From the IMG/VR virus record IMGVR_UViG_3300010429_001449: a stretch of DNA of 64,000 nucleotides. One strand, 5' to 3'. The position numbers and the translations under genes are program-made. The notes under the pieces were generated by a model. That model saw nothing but the letters and a program-made list of their open reading frames with translations, was not told where the DNA came from and did no database searches. The stretch comes from a virus (Duplodnaviria > Caudoviricetes). Shown here one piece after another: positions 9,910 to 19,095 of this stretch (positions are counted from its first letter, which is position 1; each line of letters starts with the position of its first letter).

Positions 9910-10268
9910 GGCGTCATTCTCCCAAAAAAGGTTGTCTGTCCTGCACTACCCTTAATATAACGGCGGGCCGTTCAATGTCAAGAGTCTTTTTTGTGTTGAC
10001 TGCGAAATACTTTTGACGGGCCGTATAAGGGCCGCGACGGGCCGCTATCCGGCAATGGTCCTGATATGCTCTAGCGGGCCGTTATGGGCCGTTATGGGCC
10101 GTTGCCGGGCCGCAAGGCGCAAGGCGCAATAAACGCCGCTATCGGGCCGCGCAACGGGCCGCTAAAAAAAAAATCCCGGAATTCCCGGAAAAGAGTCTTG
10201 ACATAGGCGGAATTGCTGTTATATTAAGGGTAGTGCTGGACAGACAACCTTTTTGGGAGAATGACAGA

Positions 10269-10832
10269 ATGACAGAGAACGAAACAATCAGGGCCGCGCA
10301 AAGCGGCGACAAAGGCGCAATGGACGCGCTGGTCGAAAAGTACACTCCGCTTGCAATGAGACTGGCGCTAGGCGGATTCGGCAAGGCGTCAAAGGCGGAC
10401 AAAAAGCAAGCCGCTTTGACGGGATTGCTTGACGCGATCCATACCTTTGACGAGACAAAGGCCAATGGCGGCGCATTCGGAACGCATGCGTACTGGACAA
10501 TCAAAGGCGCTGTTACGGTCGAATGCCGCAACTACGCCAAGCCGTTAGAGAACGCCGTTACGTCGGATGACGAATTGGCGACGGAAGTCTACGCCGATCC
10601 GGACGGGATATCTCCGGCGAAAAACGCCGAACGCAACGAAGATATCGCAAGGGCCGTTGCCAGCCTGGACAAGGCGACGGAACGGGAACGGGAAGCAACG
10701 CGCTTGTTCCTCGGGCTGGACAATGAGCTTGACCAAAGGTCATTGGTTGAAGTCGCCGGGATGATGAATGTTTCCCGGCAACGCGCAAAGCAACTGGTCG
10801 ACAAGGGCCTTGCGGCGATGCGGGCCGCGTAA
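10269..10832 (+). CDS. RNA polymerase sigma-70 family factor (sigma B; paralog of 1885-2475)
   Basis: FGTHAYWTIKGAVTVECRNYA aligns with sigma A; region 4 SLVEVAGMMNVSRQRAKQL. Confidence 0.9.
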   Translation: MTENETIRAAQSGDKGAMDALVEKYTPLAMRLALGGFGKASKADKKQAALTGLLDAIHTFDETKANGGAFGTHAYWTIKGAVTVECRNYAKPLENAVTSDDELATEVYADPDGISPAKNAERNEDIARAVASLDKATEREREATRLFLGLDNELDQRSLVEVAGMMNVSRQRAKQLVDKGLAAMRAA

Positions 10833-10842
10833 CAAACAACTA

Positions 10843-10875
10843 GGGGAGACCGGACGGTCCGGTCTCCCCGCTTTT
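10843..10875 (+). terminator. Intrinsic terminator/attenuator
   Basis: GGGGAGACCGGAC-G-GTCCGGTCTCCCC then CTTTT. Confidence 0.7.
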
Positions 10876-10891
10876 CTCTTTGGGAGTAACA

Positions 10892-11566
10892 ATGGTTGAC
10901 TTCAAAGACATAATCGAATGCGATTTGGTCAAGCGGGTGATGGAAGTTGCCGCAGTCGGCAATCACTCATTACTGTTGTTCGGGCCGCACGATTACGGCA
11001 AGACTCTTTGCCTGCAGGCAATGGCGGGCCTAACCGACGTCGACAACGTCGGGCCAGTGCAGGATATGACCGCCGCAAAGCAACGGGCCTTGCGGAATAG
11101 GCTTGACCGTCACGAACGGACAATAGTTGCGGAAATCGTGCCGTGCCCTTGCGGGAACTACTGCAACGCGCATGCGGTATGCCGTTGCTCCGCAGTAGCA
11201 ATCCAGCGATACCGCGCAAAGCTAATGGACACGGTGCGGAGTTTCGACGCCGTGGTCGGGATACGACGCCCTATGCCGGAAGCAATGGCGCGGGTCCGTT
11301 GGGATACAGAGGATACGGAAACCGTCAAGGCGCGGGTTATGGCCGCGAAGGGTATCCCGACGCCGTCGGGGTTGTCTCTTGACGCCAGCGATATCGTATC
11401 AATGGCGGTGCGCCAAGCGGGAATGACGCCGAAACAAGTTGTCATTGCCAAAGCAATCGGCGAAAGCGTTGCGCGGCTTGACGGCAAGGCGACGGTGGAA
11501 GTCTTCCATATGAGCGAAGCGATCCAGTACGTGCTCGGGTTCAACAACATATGGGGAAGTCTGTAG
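10892..11566 (+). CDS. Minimal ComM/YifB (Mg-chelatase-like AAA+) protein, internally deleted
   Basis: DFKDI..KRVMEVAAVGNHSLLLFGP..GKT, PCPCG..CRCS..IQRY, C-terminal VARLDG..HMSEAIQY; lacks N-terminal Lon-like domain and Walker B segment. Confidence 0.8.
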   Translation: MVDFKDIIECDLVKRVMEVAAVGNHSLLLFGPHDYGKTLCLQAMAGLTDVDNVGPVQDMTAAKQRALRNRLDRHERTIVAEIVPCPCGNYCNAHAVCRCSAVAIQRYRAKLMDTVRSFDAVVGIRRPMPEAMARVRWDTEDTETVKARVMAAKGIPTPSGLSLDASDIVSMAVRQAGMTPKQVVIAKAIGESVARLDGKATVEVFHMSEAIQYVLGFNNIWGSL

Positions 11567-11812
11567 CTTCCCCGTTCTCCCTGGAAACCGGAGCGATCCA
11601 AGCGGTCGCTCCGGTTTTTCTTTGTACGGATTTCCACTCCCGAACCGTTGCATTTTCTGCAACAGTTCGCGGGGATTGATAATCGCGTTTCGAGTTGTTG
11701 CATTTTCCGCAACAACTGCCCGCGCCGAGAGGGTTTTTCGAGGGAATGATAATCGCGTTCCGGAACGCCCGCGCCAGGGCGGGGGCGTTTCAACCGGGGT
11801 TGTAATCGGGGG

Positions 11813-12118
11813 TTAGAACAACTGGAACGCTTCAAACAATCCGGCGTTGCCAGTCAGGACGGGGGCCGCGTCCGCGTCGGTCAAGTAGATGAAGTCATTG
11901 CCTTGCACGGCGTTAATGTCCGCGTCGGGCGTTTTGTGCCAGCGGTACTCAAGTTCGTACGGGCACGTCAGGACGCGGCGCGTTCCGTTTTCCCAGTGGG
12001 GGATTTGATACGGTTCGTTCAGTTTCCGCAGTATCAACGTATTGACTCCCTTGCGGGCCGCACGGGCCGCGCCGGGGCACAAATCCGTAACGTCAAGTGT
12101 TTCTGTATCAACGGTCAC
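11813..12118 (-). CDS. Hypothetical protein
   Basis: ORF collinear with upstream cassette genes; weak RBS. Confidence 0.55.
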   Translation of the reverse strand: MTVDTETLDVTDLCPGAARAARKGVNTLILRKLNEPYQIPHWENGTRRVLTCPYELEYRWHKTPDADINAVQGNDFIYLTDADAAPVLTGNAGLFEAFQLF

Positions 12119-12177
12119 TTGTTTGCCTTAAACGCAAGCGGGGACGGCGCGGGCCGTCCCCTAGTAATGGTTGACTG

Positions 12178-12351
12178 TCACCGTTCAAGGGCCGCTTCGC
12201 GGAGTTCCGCAACGGCGGCGTCCCGCGCCAGCACCTTAGCGTAAAAGACTTTATGCGCATCCGCAAGGGCCGCTTTCGCGGTATCAAGTTCCGCTTGCGC
12301 GGTCTTGACCTTGTCATTGGCCTTGTCCACTTTGTTAAGGGCGGGTTTCAT
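12178..12351 (-). CDS. 57-aa coiled-coil protein (not in ORF track)
   Basis: CCTTTTCTGTGGAGA RBS then ATG; MKPALNKVDKANDKVKTAQAELDTAK... Confidence 0.75.
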   Translation of the reverse strand: MKPALNKVDKANDKVKTAQAELDTAKAALADAHKVFYAKVLARDAAVAELREAALER

Positions 12352-12408
12352 GGTTCTGAGTCTCCACAGAAAAGGTTGCAGGGGCCGGTTTCCCAGCCCC
12401 CAAAGAAA

Positions 12409-12594
12409 CTAACTGAGTCCGCTTGTCTTTTCGACAGCGTCGCGGCCTTGCTGCGCAATGGCGCGATCCAGCGGGGTCAAATCCTCATCCGCATCCTCAT
12501 CCACAACGACCGGGCCGCAAATCGGCTCGACCGCGTCCTTGCAGTCCGCGTAGTAACCGCAAGCCCTGCATCCGTATGGAAGGTCATTCGTCAT
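12409..12594 (-). CDS. Small Cys-rich protein
   Basis: CRAC..C..C; cassette promoter/RBS. Confidence 0.75.
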   Translation of the reverse strand: MTNDLPYGCRACGYYADCKDAVEPICGPVVVDEDADEDLTPLDRAIAQQGRDAVEKTSGLS

Positions 12595-12700
12595 TCTCGT
12601 CTCTCCACAAAAGGTTGTTTCTGTCCGCGTCACTACTGTTATTATAACAGCGGCGCGGCCACTGTCAAGAGTTTATTTCAGGAATTCTTGACGGGTGTAC

Positions 12701-12735
12701 AAAAAGAATCCCCCCGTAGCATTACGGGGGGATTC
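12701..12735 (-). terminator. Intrinsic terminator
   Basis: GAATCCCCCCGTA-GCAT-TACGGGGGGATTC with A-tract on plus strand. Confidence 0.8.
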
Positions 12736-12748
12736 AATGGTTGTTGCG

Positions 12749-13099
12749 TCAGGCGGGGCGCTTGGCGCGGCGCGTTTCGCGGGCGTCGACTTGCCAGGCG
12801 AATTCGACCGCCCGCTCATCACGCCAGCGGAGTTGCTCCGGGGTGTAATGGGCGAAATACTCCGGATCGACGTCGCCGTCCTGCAGCGTCAGAAAACCCA
12901 GCAGCGCAAGGGCCGCGTCGGGGGAGTTCCACTTGTGCATCGGCGAAACGGCGAGACCGTCGCCGGAAAACAGAACGGCGCAACCCTTCCAGTCCAGATC
13001 ACGGACTGAGTACGCGACAAGCGTATGCCATTCGCCCGCTTTCCGCCGGGGATTACTGAGCGTCACGCTCAAACTTCCAAGCCTGTAGGTGTACGTCAT
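12749..13099 (-). CDS. Hypothetical phage/MGE protein
   Basis: Cassette promoter/RBS; LLGFLTLQDGDVDPEYFAHYTPEQL motif. Confidence 0.85.
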   Translation of the reverse strand: MTYTYRLGSLSVTLSNPRRKAGEWHTLVAYSVRDLDWKGCAVLFSGDGLAVSPMHKWNSPDAALALLGFLTLQDGDVDPEYFAHYTPEQLRWRDERAVEFAWQVDARETRRAKRPA

Positions 13100-13499
13100 T
13101 TTCGTTTCTCCACAAAAGAAATGTCTGTCACTATCTCTAATATAACAGCGTCGCGGCCAATGTCAAGAGTCTTTCCAGAATATTTTTACGGATTTGTTTC
13201 ATCCCCCGGACGGCGGGTCGCGCAAGGCTAGGCGCGAACGGGCGGCGCGGGGTGGTAGTTTCCTGGCGGTGGTCCTGGCAGTGATCCTGGCGGTCGGGCG
13301 GCGCTCGGCGGAGCGATTGAAAATGTCGGGGGGACGGCGAACGAGGCGGTTTTCCGCGTCGGGGGCGCGGAGCGAGGGAAGGATTGGAAATCGGCGTCCC
13401 CCTGCCAGGCCAGGCCGCAACTTGGGTTGTAATCGTCGGGGGTTAAAGCAAAAAGCCCCGGCTTGTTAGGGCCGGGGCTTAGTGCCAGTGGCGGGACAA

Positions 13500-13955
13500 T
13501 CAGTCGGCTTTCAGTCGCCGACAGTGGAGAATGTCAGTATCGCGCCCGTAGCGGACGCCGTGCCAGCGTTTCCCGTCGGGGCCGATGAACCACAGATCAA
13601 GGCGCTCTCTTGCAATGTTGTGCTTTCCGTGAGTCCACGTCTTGACGCGGAACATAAGCGTGCCGGGCCAGTTCCCCACGCGGGAGACGGTCTTGTCGTT
13701 GTTGTCAGTTGCTCCGCAGACTACGCGCAAGCCGTCGGGGTTTGTGGGGGTGCGAGTTCCCGCAAAGTAGTAAAGCGTCGCCTTGCCGGTCTGACGCATA
13801 TCTTCAGCGTCACGCTTGCCGCAACACTCATAACAGACTTTCGCGCCGTCGCGGGCCACGCCGTAACCCGTGCCGCAAGAATTCGCGGGGGGTTCAATGG
13901 TCTTGCCGCAGTCCGCACAAACTACGGGGGTTGTTGTTGCCGTTGTCATGGTCAT
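13500..13955 (-). CDS. Hypothetical phage protein with Cys motifs
   Basis: CADC, CYECC, GNWPG; cassette promoter/RBS; terminator at 13450-13480. Confidence 0.85.
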   Translation of the reverse strand: MTMTTATTTPVVCADCGKTIEPPANSCGTGYGVARDGAKVCYECCGKRDAEDMRQTGKATLYYFAGTRTPTNPDGLRVVCGATDNNDKTVSRVGNWPGTLMFRVKTWTHGKHNIARERLDLWFIGPDGKRWHGVRYGRDTDILHCRRLKAD

Positions 13956-14092
13956 TGTCTCCACAAAAGGTTGATTGTCCACTATCCTTATTATAACAGT
14001 GGCCGCGCCAGCGTCAAGAGTCTTTTCAGGAATATTTCCTTAAACGCAAGCGGGGATAGTCCGCAAGGGACTATCCCCGACAATGGCCGCGC

Positions 14093-14485
14093 CTAGTCCT
14101 CGTCAGGGCGCATAAGGGTTATTACGGGTTCCCCGTTGTCGCCGGGGCCGATCATCATCTTGACCGTGTAATAGGTCTTGCGCCCGTTGTGCATGATGAG
14201 ATTGTAAAGGCGGGCGCTGTCATCGCCGCCGCGCCGCGCCGCAAGACGCCCCATATACAGAACATCCCAAAGACGCCCGTCATAGTCCTGAAAAGACTTG
14301 CTGGCGGGAATGTCTTTTATGTCCGCGTGAAGGGCCGCAGTAATGGCCACAGGAACGCGAAAGCCCGCTTCGCGGGCCGTTTCGGAAACGTCAATCAGCG
14401 TTCCGTCTTCAATGGCTTGTTCCCGCGAATAGCACGAAATCACTTCCCCGAACACGTCGCGCATTGCGTCATCATTTTCCGGCAT
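14093..14485 (-). CDS. DUF6573-like protein
   Basis: YSREQAIEDGTLIDVSETAREAGFRVPVAIT..GRLWDVL..PGDNGEPVITLMRPDED; family recalled from motif. Confidence 0.75.
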   Translation of the reverse strand: MPENDDAMRDVFGEVISCYSREQAIEDGTLIDVSETAREAGFRVPVAITAALHADIKDIPASKSFQDYDGRLWDVLYMGRLAARRGGDDSARLYNLIMHNGRKTYYTVKMMIGPGDNGEPVITLMRPDED

Positions 14486-14652
14486 GGTCTTTGTCTCCAC
14501 AAAAGGTTGATTGCCTGCCACTATCTCTATTATAACAATGGCCGCGCCAATGTCAAGAGTCTTTTTTATTTTCTATTTACGCTCTTGACACGGCCCGCGT
14601 CGCTGTTATATTAAGGGTAGTGGACAATCAACCTTTTTTGGAGAATGACGCA

Positions 14653-15018
14653 ATGACCAACAAAGAAACACAACGGGAAATACTCTGCTGTATATGGTAC
14701 GGCGAACACGCCGACCTGGACAGACTCCGCGCCGAAAAGGGCGTCGACGTCAAAGCGCCGGGATGGTGGAACATCACGCCGGGCGTCGACTTTGTTCACG
14801 CCGATATCCGCATAGGCGGGCGCGTACTCAAGACAGTCGGCGTTACGTTCTCTCTTGACGGCTACGCGCCAGCGGAACGGCCCGACGTGATAGTGTGCGC
14901 GGAAGACGGCGGTCGGACGGAATTCGAGGGTATCCCGGTTATCTGCCTGACGCCGTACATCGACAAAGACCTGGCAAGCCTGACGGACTGGGTCGGGAAG
15001 CAACCGGACAGGCCCTAG
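14653..15018 (+). CDS. Hypothetical protein
   Basis: Divergent cassette promoter at 14585 and RBS. Confidence 0.8.
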   Translation: MTNKETQREILCCIWYGEHADLDRLRAEKGVDVKAPGWWNITPGVDFVHADIRIGGRVLKTVGVTFSLDGYAPAERPDVIVCAEDGGRTEFEGIPVICLTPYIDKDLASLTDWVGKQPDRP

Positions 15019-15557
15019 TCCCCGACAGGGGGCGGCCCCGCCGAAGGGGGCGCGGGGCGAGGGGGCGATTGAAAATCGGCAGGGGGTCGGGATACGAGCG
15101 GGAACAGAGCAAACGAGAGCATCTCACGGCGTCGTTTCTCGGCTTCCTCCTGATAGCGACGAAAGCGGAGCGCGGTATCATCGTCGAGCTTAAGTTCGGG
15201 CCACTCAAGTTGCGTAGGCGTCTTTTGGGGTAGCGCGGCAGCCCCGTCTACGCGCATGAACAACGACATCGACGGCGGCAGTTCGGGCGGCGGGTGCAAG
15301 TACCACTCATGCTCCAGCCAGGCCGGGGCAGCGGCGGCAAGAGGGCTGGGGCCGTAAGTCGCACGACGGCGGCGCAAAGCCAAGTCCCGGCGAACCTCAA
15401 GGACGCCGTAGGCGTAGAACGCGAACGGCAGAGCGCACGACATAAGCGCGGCCTGCCACGAGACTTGACGGCGAAACGCCGACGCCGTCACCAAAAGCAC
15501 AGGGACGATAAGCAACACGAACAAAGAGAACTCAACGAAGAGTCGCTCGGCGAACAT
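15015..15557 (-). CDS. Possible membrane protein
   Basis: Two N-terminal hydrophobic stretches; no cassette RBS, start uncertain. Confidence 0.4.
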   Translation of the reverse strand: MFAERLFVEFSLFVLLIVPVLLVTASAFRRQVSWQAALMSCALPFAFYAYGVLEVRRDLALRRRRATYGPSPLAAAAPAWLEHEWYLHPPPELPPSMSLFMRVDGAAALPQKTPTQLEWPELKLDDDTALRFRRYQEEAEKRRREMLSFALFPLVSRPPADFQSPPRPAPPSAGPPPVGD

Positions 15558-15692
15558 CCGCGCTTTCCCGCTAGACAACATTGATAATCTTGCTCCTGTC
15601 TTGTGTTCGTTTGGAAATCGGTTTCGAGAACCCCGGCGTTTTTCGGTAAGACGCCAGGGTTGTTTTTCATTCTCCGCCGGAGCGACGCGGGG

Positions 15693-16346
15693 TTATACCG
15701 CGCCGCCCTTCTTGACGCCCTTCAACGCGGCGTCAATGGCGTCGAACAAGCCTATCGTGCGGTCGTCATTAACCAGCTTGTCGAGCGCGTCATTGAATGC
15801 CGTCCACTGAGCAACGGTCAGCTTGCTAAGTTTGTCGACGCGCCGCTCCAGAAATTCCGGCTTGTCGTCCCGAACATCATACCACTCGCTCCGCAGTTCG
15901 TCGTCACTGTCTGCGACGGCGAAGAGGGCGTCTTCCACTTCCTTCTCGTCGCGGGGGTTGTCCGGGCCGGGCAATGGCGGGAATTCGTCAAAGTATCCGG
16001 GGTCTTCAACAACGGTTCCCTTCTCTACGCAATCGTCGAGAAAGAGTCTTACGCAGTCCGCAACGCCGTCGCAACCTTCCGTATTAGCCCCGCAAGCGTT
16101 GTGCTGGCAGTCAATGTCTCTTGGCTCGTCATCAACGCCGGGGCAACGCCAGCCGAAAGACTCCGCAATAGACGGATAATCGTCGTCTGTCTGGATAAGA
16201 ACGGTGTTCTTTTCGTCGCGGGTGTTCCAGTCATAGTGCCCTTCCCCCGCTTCCGGGTTCGTTACCCTGCATATGAACAGACAGCAGGGCGCGTAGGACG
16301 GGTCACGGTCCAGCGCAATCAACGTCGTCGTCTTGGTCCTAGCCAT
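15693..16346 (-). CDS. Hypothetical acidic protein
   Basis: Cassette promoter/RBS. Confidence 0.85.
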   Translation of the reverse strand: MARTKTTTLIALDRDPSYAPCCLFICRVTNPEAGEGHYDWNTRDEKNTVLIQTDDDYPSIAESFGWRCPGVDDEPRDIDCQHNACGANTEGCDGVADCVRLFLDDCVEKGTVVEDPGYFDEFPPLPGPDNPRDEKEVEDALFAVADSDDELRSEWYDVRDDKPEFLERRVDKLSKLTVAQWTAFNDALDKLVNDDRTIGLFDAIDAALKGVKKGGAV

Positions 16347-16437
16347 GAGTCTATCTCCAAAAAAAAAGAGGTCTGTCACTACTGTTAATATAACAGCGGC
16401 CACGCCAATGTCAAGAGTCTTTTCTGTTTTTTCTGTC

Positions 16438-16585
16438 AAAAGAATAGGGGCCGGGCGGCAACCCGGCCCCAATGTCCAAGAGGACTGCCTGCAGGCTACA
16501 GGGACGGGAAACGTCCCGTTCAGAGATCAACGTACGCCGGGGAGAACCGGCCCTCTGCCCTGCCTGCGCCGTGACACTTGAGAAC
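16438..16585 (-). ncRNA. Candidate structured small RNA (about 150 nt)
   Basis: Own promoter TTGACA-N16-TATACT (16592-16619), no RBS, nested helices, ends in GGGGCCGGG/CCCGGCCCC hairpin plus TATTCTTTT. Confidence 0.6.
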
Positions 16586-16888
16586 AACCCCAGTATAACG
16601 AAGGTAAGCGGTCTGTCAAGGGGATTGGAAATCGCGCCCCCTGCCCCCGTAAACAAAAAGGGCCGCCCCGCGTCCGGAGCGGCCCTGTCCAGTCAATTAA
16701 TTTGAGACAAAAGAAAGTAAGTAGTATCACATGGTTTCCTCCCGGCAAGGCATTGTTGCCTAACAAGGCGCTGCTTGCTCCGCAACAAGGCGATCTGCTT
16801 CTCTCGCGTATTTCGAGGCGGTGCGAGTTCAACCGCCCTACTTTACACAATATCGCGCTTGTCTTGGGGTGCTTAACGCGCAGTCCTG

Positions 16889-17140
16889 TTATCTCGATTG
16901 GGGGGCTTCGCCGAAGTCCTCCACCAGGTGTTCCAACGCTCTAGCGTGATCCCACGCCAGATTGAAGGCGTGAACAAGGGTGTCATCGACGTCCCTATCC
17001 ATGTCCATGTACGACTTGGACGCGGCGTCCATAGCCTGCGAAAGGGCATCCGCCACGTCGTTAGCTACCTTAGCCTGTTCGGCAAGGCGCGTCTTGATGT
17101 CCGCTGTCTCTGGACGCTTCGGCGTCCGTACGTCCGTCAT
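16889..17140 (-). CDS. Hypothetical protein
   Basis: Cassette promoter/RBS TTTTGAGGAGA. Confidence 0.8.
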   Translation of the reverse strand: MTDVRTPKRPETADIKTRLAEQAKVANDVADALSQAMDAASKSYMDMDRDVDDTLVHAFNLAWDHARALEHLVEDFGEAPQSR

Positions 17141-17223
17141 TTTGTTCTCCTCAAAAGAAATTGGCCGTCCTACTGTTATTATAACAGCAAGACGGCCAGT
17201 GTCAAGGGAGAACCGAGAAAAGG

Positions 17224-17661
17224 TTAATCGCCGATGGCTTTGACGGTCACGATAAGCCGCTTGCCGTCGACCTTGACGGTATCCAGCACGACAGAGCCGG
17301 AGATTACCCAGTCGTTGCAACGCCGCCTATGGCACTCATCGCAGTCGCCGACGCAAGTGCGCTCGCTCAAGCCGACGCCGCCGAAGTCGGAACGGATTAC
17401 GTCCGCTTCATGCTCCGGGGTATTAGCGCTGCCGCTGACGTCGATGGCGACGGTCAGGTCCCCTTCCGCTTCCACGTAAGGGATATGGGTATGCCCCTCT
17501 TCGCTTCCGTAAGCGTAGGCAAAGCCCGAGTCCCCACTGTCCAGACTGAAGGCGTCCATGTTGTCTTCAATGGCCTGTTCCAGCGCGTAAATGGCCGCGC
17601 CGTCATCGCGGCGGTAGTCCGCCACAACTTCAACTATCTGATGGGTCTTGTTCATCGGCAT
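17224..17661 (-). CDS. Hypothetical acidic protein
   Basis: Cassette promoter/RBS. Confidence 0.8.
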   Translation of the reverse strand: MPMNKTHQIVEVVADYRRDDGAAIYALEQAIEDNMDAFSLDSGDSGFAYAYGSEEGHTHIPYVEAEGDLTVAIDVSGSANTPEHEADVIRSDFGGVGLSERTCVGDCDECHRRRCNDWVISGSVVLDTVKVDGKRLIVTVKAIGD

Positions 17662-17716
17662 GTCTCCAAAAAGGTTGACTGTCACTATCCTTAATATAAC
17701 AGCGCATTGGCCGATG

Positions 17717-18601
17717 TCAAGAGACTATTTCGGATTTCTTTTCTGAAAAGTCGTATTGCTGGAAGTCCGACGGGTTACGGTCGAGGGTGGCGGCTATACG
17801 GTTACGCGCCGCGCCTACGAATGCGGGGTCGATCTCAAAGCCGGTGAAGCTAACGCCGAGTTCGGAACACGCGAGAGCGGTTGAACCTATGCCGCAGAAG
17901 GGGTCAAGAACATGCTTGGTCTTGGCGAGGCCGTGCAACTTGATGCACGTTCGGGGCAAGGATATAGGGAACGACGCCGGATGCGGGCGGTCTTTGTCCT
18001 TTTCCTGGATCGTATCGTAGGGAAGGAACCAAGCGTTGCCCCGGCAATGCAACGGCTGTTTCGCGCCCCAGCGCTCGATGTTCGCGGGGTCGGCGTAGGG
18101 GACGCCGATTGATAATCTGTCTAGGGGCACTTCGCCCGTTTTCGTCAGGTGGAAGATGAACTCGTGGCAGGCGTTGAGGAACCGAGGGCTGTTGATTGGT
18201 TGGTAGTGGCCGTGTACGACTTCGGGAGACTTCTCGTTAGCGCCGGGGACGGCGATGGACTTCACCCACAGAATGAGGTTCTGCAACTTGAAGTACTGCC
18301 GGGCGACTTGCATGATCTCGAAGGGGCCGAGGGGACTGACGGGAACGCCGCCGATGTTGAGGAAGAAAGAGCCGTCGTCCGCTAGGCGCGAGGCCACGCA
18401 CGTCAACCAGCCGTGACACCAGTCGAGATAGTCTAGGCGGCTGATGCTGTCGTTGTAAGTGCGGTAGCCCGTTCCGACGTTGTACGGAGGGGATGTAACG
18501 ACTACGTCGTAGACCGCCGAGTCCTGTTTCATTCCGTCCACACAGTCGCCGACGATGAGGCGGTGCGTAACGCCGCCGTGCTGCAGTTCGTATGCGTTCA
18601 T
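17717..18601 (-). CDS. DNA methyltransferase, N4-C/N6-A, beta class (orphan)
   Basis: Catalytic VTSPPYN precedes SAM-binding VLDPFCGIGST; HPASFP motif. Confidence 0.93.
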   Translation of the reverse strand: MNAYELQHGGVTHRLIVGDCVDGMKQDSAVYDVVVTSPPYNVGTGYRTYNDSISRLDYLDWCHGWLTCVASRLADDGSFFLNIGGVPVSPLGPFEIMQVARQYFKLQNLILWVKSIAVPGANEKSPEVVHGHYQPINSPRFLNACHEFIFHLTKTGEVPLDRLSIGVPYADPANIERWGAKQPLHCRGNAWFLPYDTIQEKDKDRPHPASFPISLPRTCIKLHGLAKTKHVLDPFCGIGSTALACSELGVSFTGFEIDPAFVGAARNRIAATLDRNPSDFQQYDFSEKKSEIVS

Positions 18602-18615
18602 GCGCTTGGTAATCC

Positions 18616-19095
18616 TTACTTGGGGGTTGAAGTTCCAACTTTAGCGCGTCGCGCCAGTTGGCGCAACCGTTGTTTGAAAATGTCTGAGGGGGAGTCCGGG
18701 GATTTCGGCGGGCGTTCCTTTCGTTGTCGCGGGGTAGATGTTTCGCGGGTAGATGTCGAGTAATCCCAGGGCAGACAGAAGCGAGCAAAGCCGGTAATCC
18801 GTGCGCCGCGCCCGTCTTCAATGCGGTCGATCTCTTGCTTCAATGTCTTTTTCAGGGCGTCGGGAACTTTCCGGGCGCTGATATGCTCAATGGTCTCAGT
18901 GCGCCGCAAGGCGCGTAGTCCGGCCATATCGCTCTTGGTCAACTGTCCACGTATCACGTCGACGGGGCCGCAAGAACCGGTTTCCCGCGCCGCGCCCGTC
19001 TGGACCGGGACGTACACAATGTCGCCCTTGCCGACAAGTATTGCTTCAGTGGCAAGGGCGACATAGAACCGTAACCGTCCGCTGTTGTCGTTCAT
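18616..19095 (-). CDS. Hypothetical protein
   Basis: ATGA overlap with upstream sigma gene. Confidence 0.7.
   Translation of the reverse strand: MNDNSGRLRFYVALATEAILVGKGDIVYVPVQTGAARETGSCGPVDVIRGQLTKSDMAGLRALRRTETIEHISARKVPDALKKTLKQEIDRIEDGRGARITGFARFCLPWDYSTSTRETSTPRQRKERPPKSPDSPSDIFKQRLRQLARRAKVGTSTPK

Noticed and set aside
3340-16700. Integron cassette array
   Set aside because: No attC-type RYYYAAC...GTTRRRY hairpins or integrase seen; genes carry their own promoters
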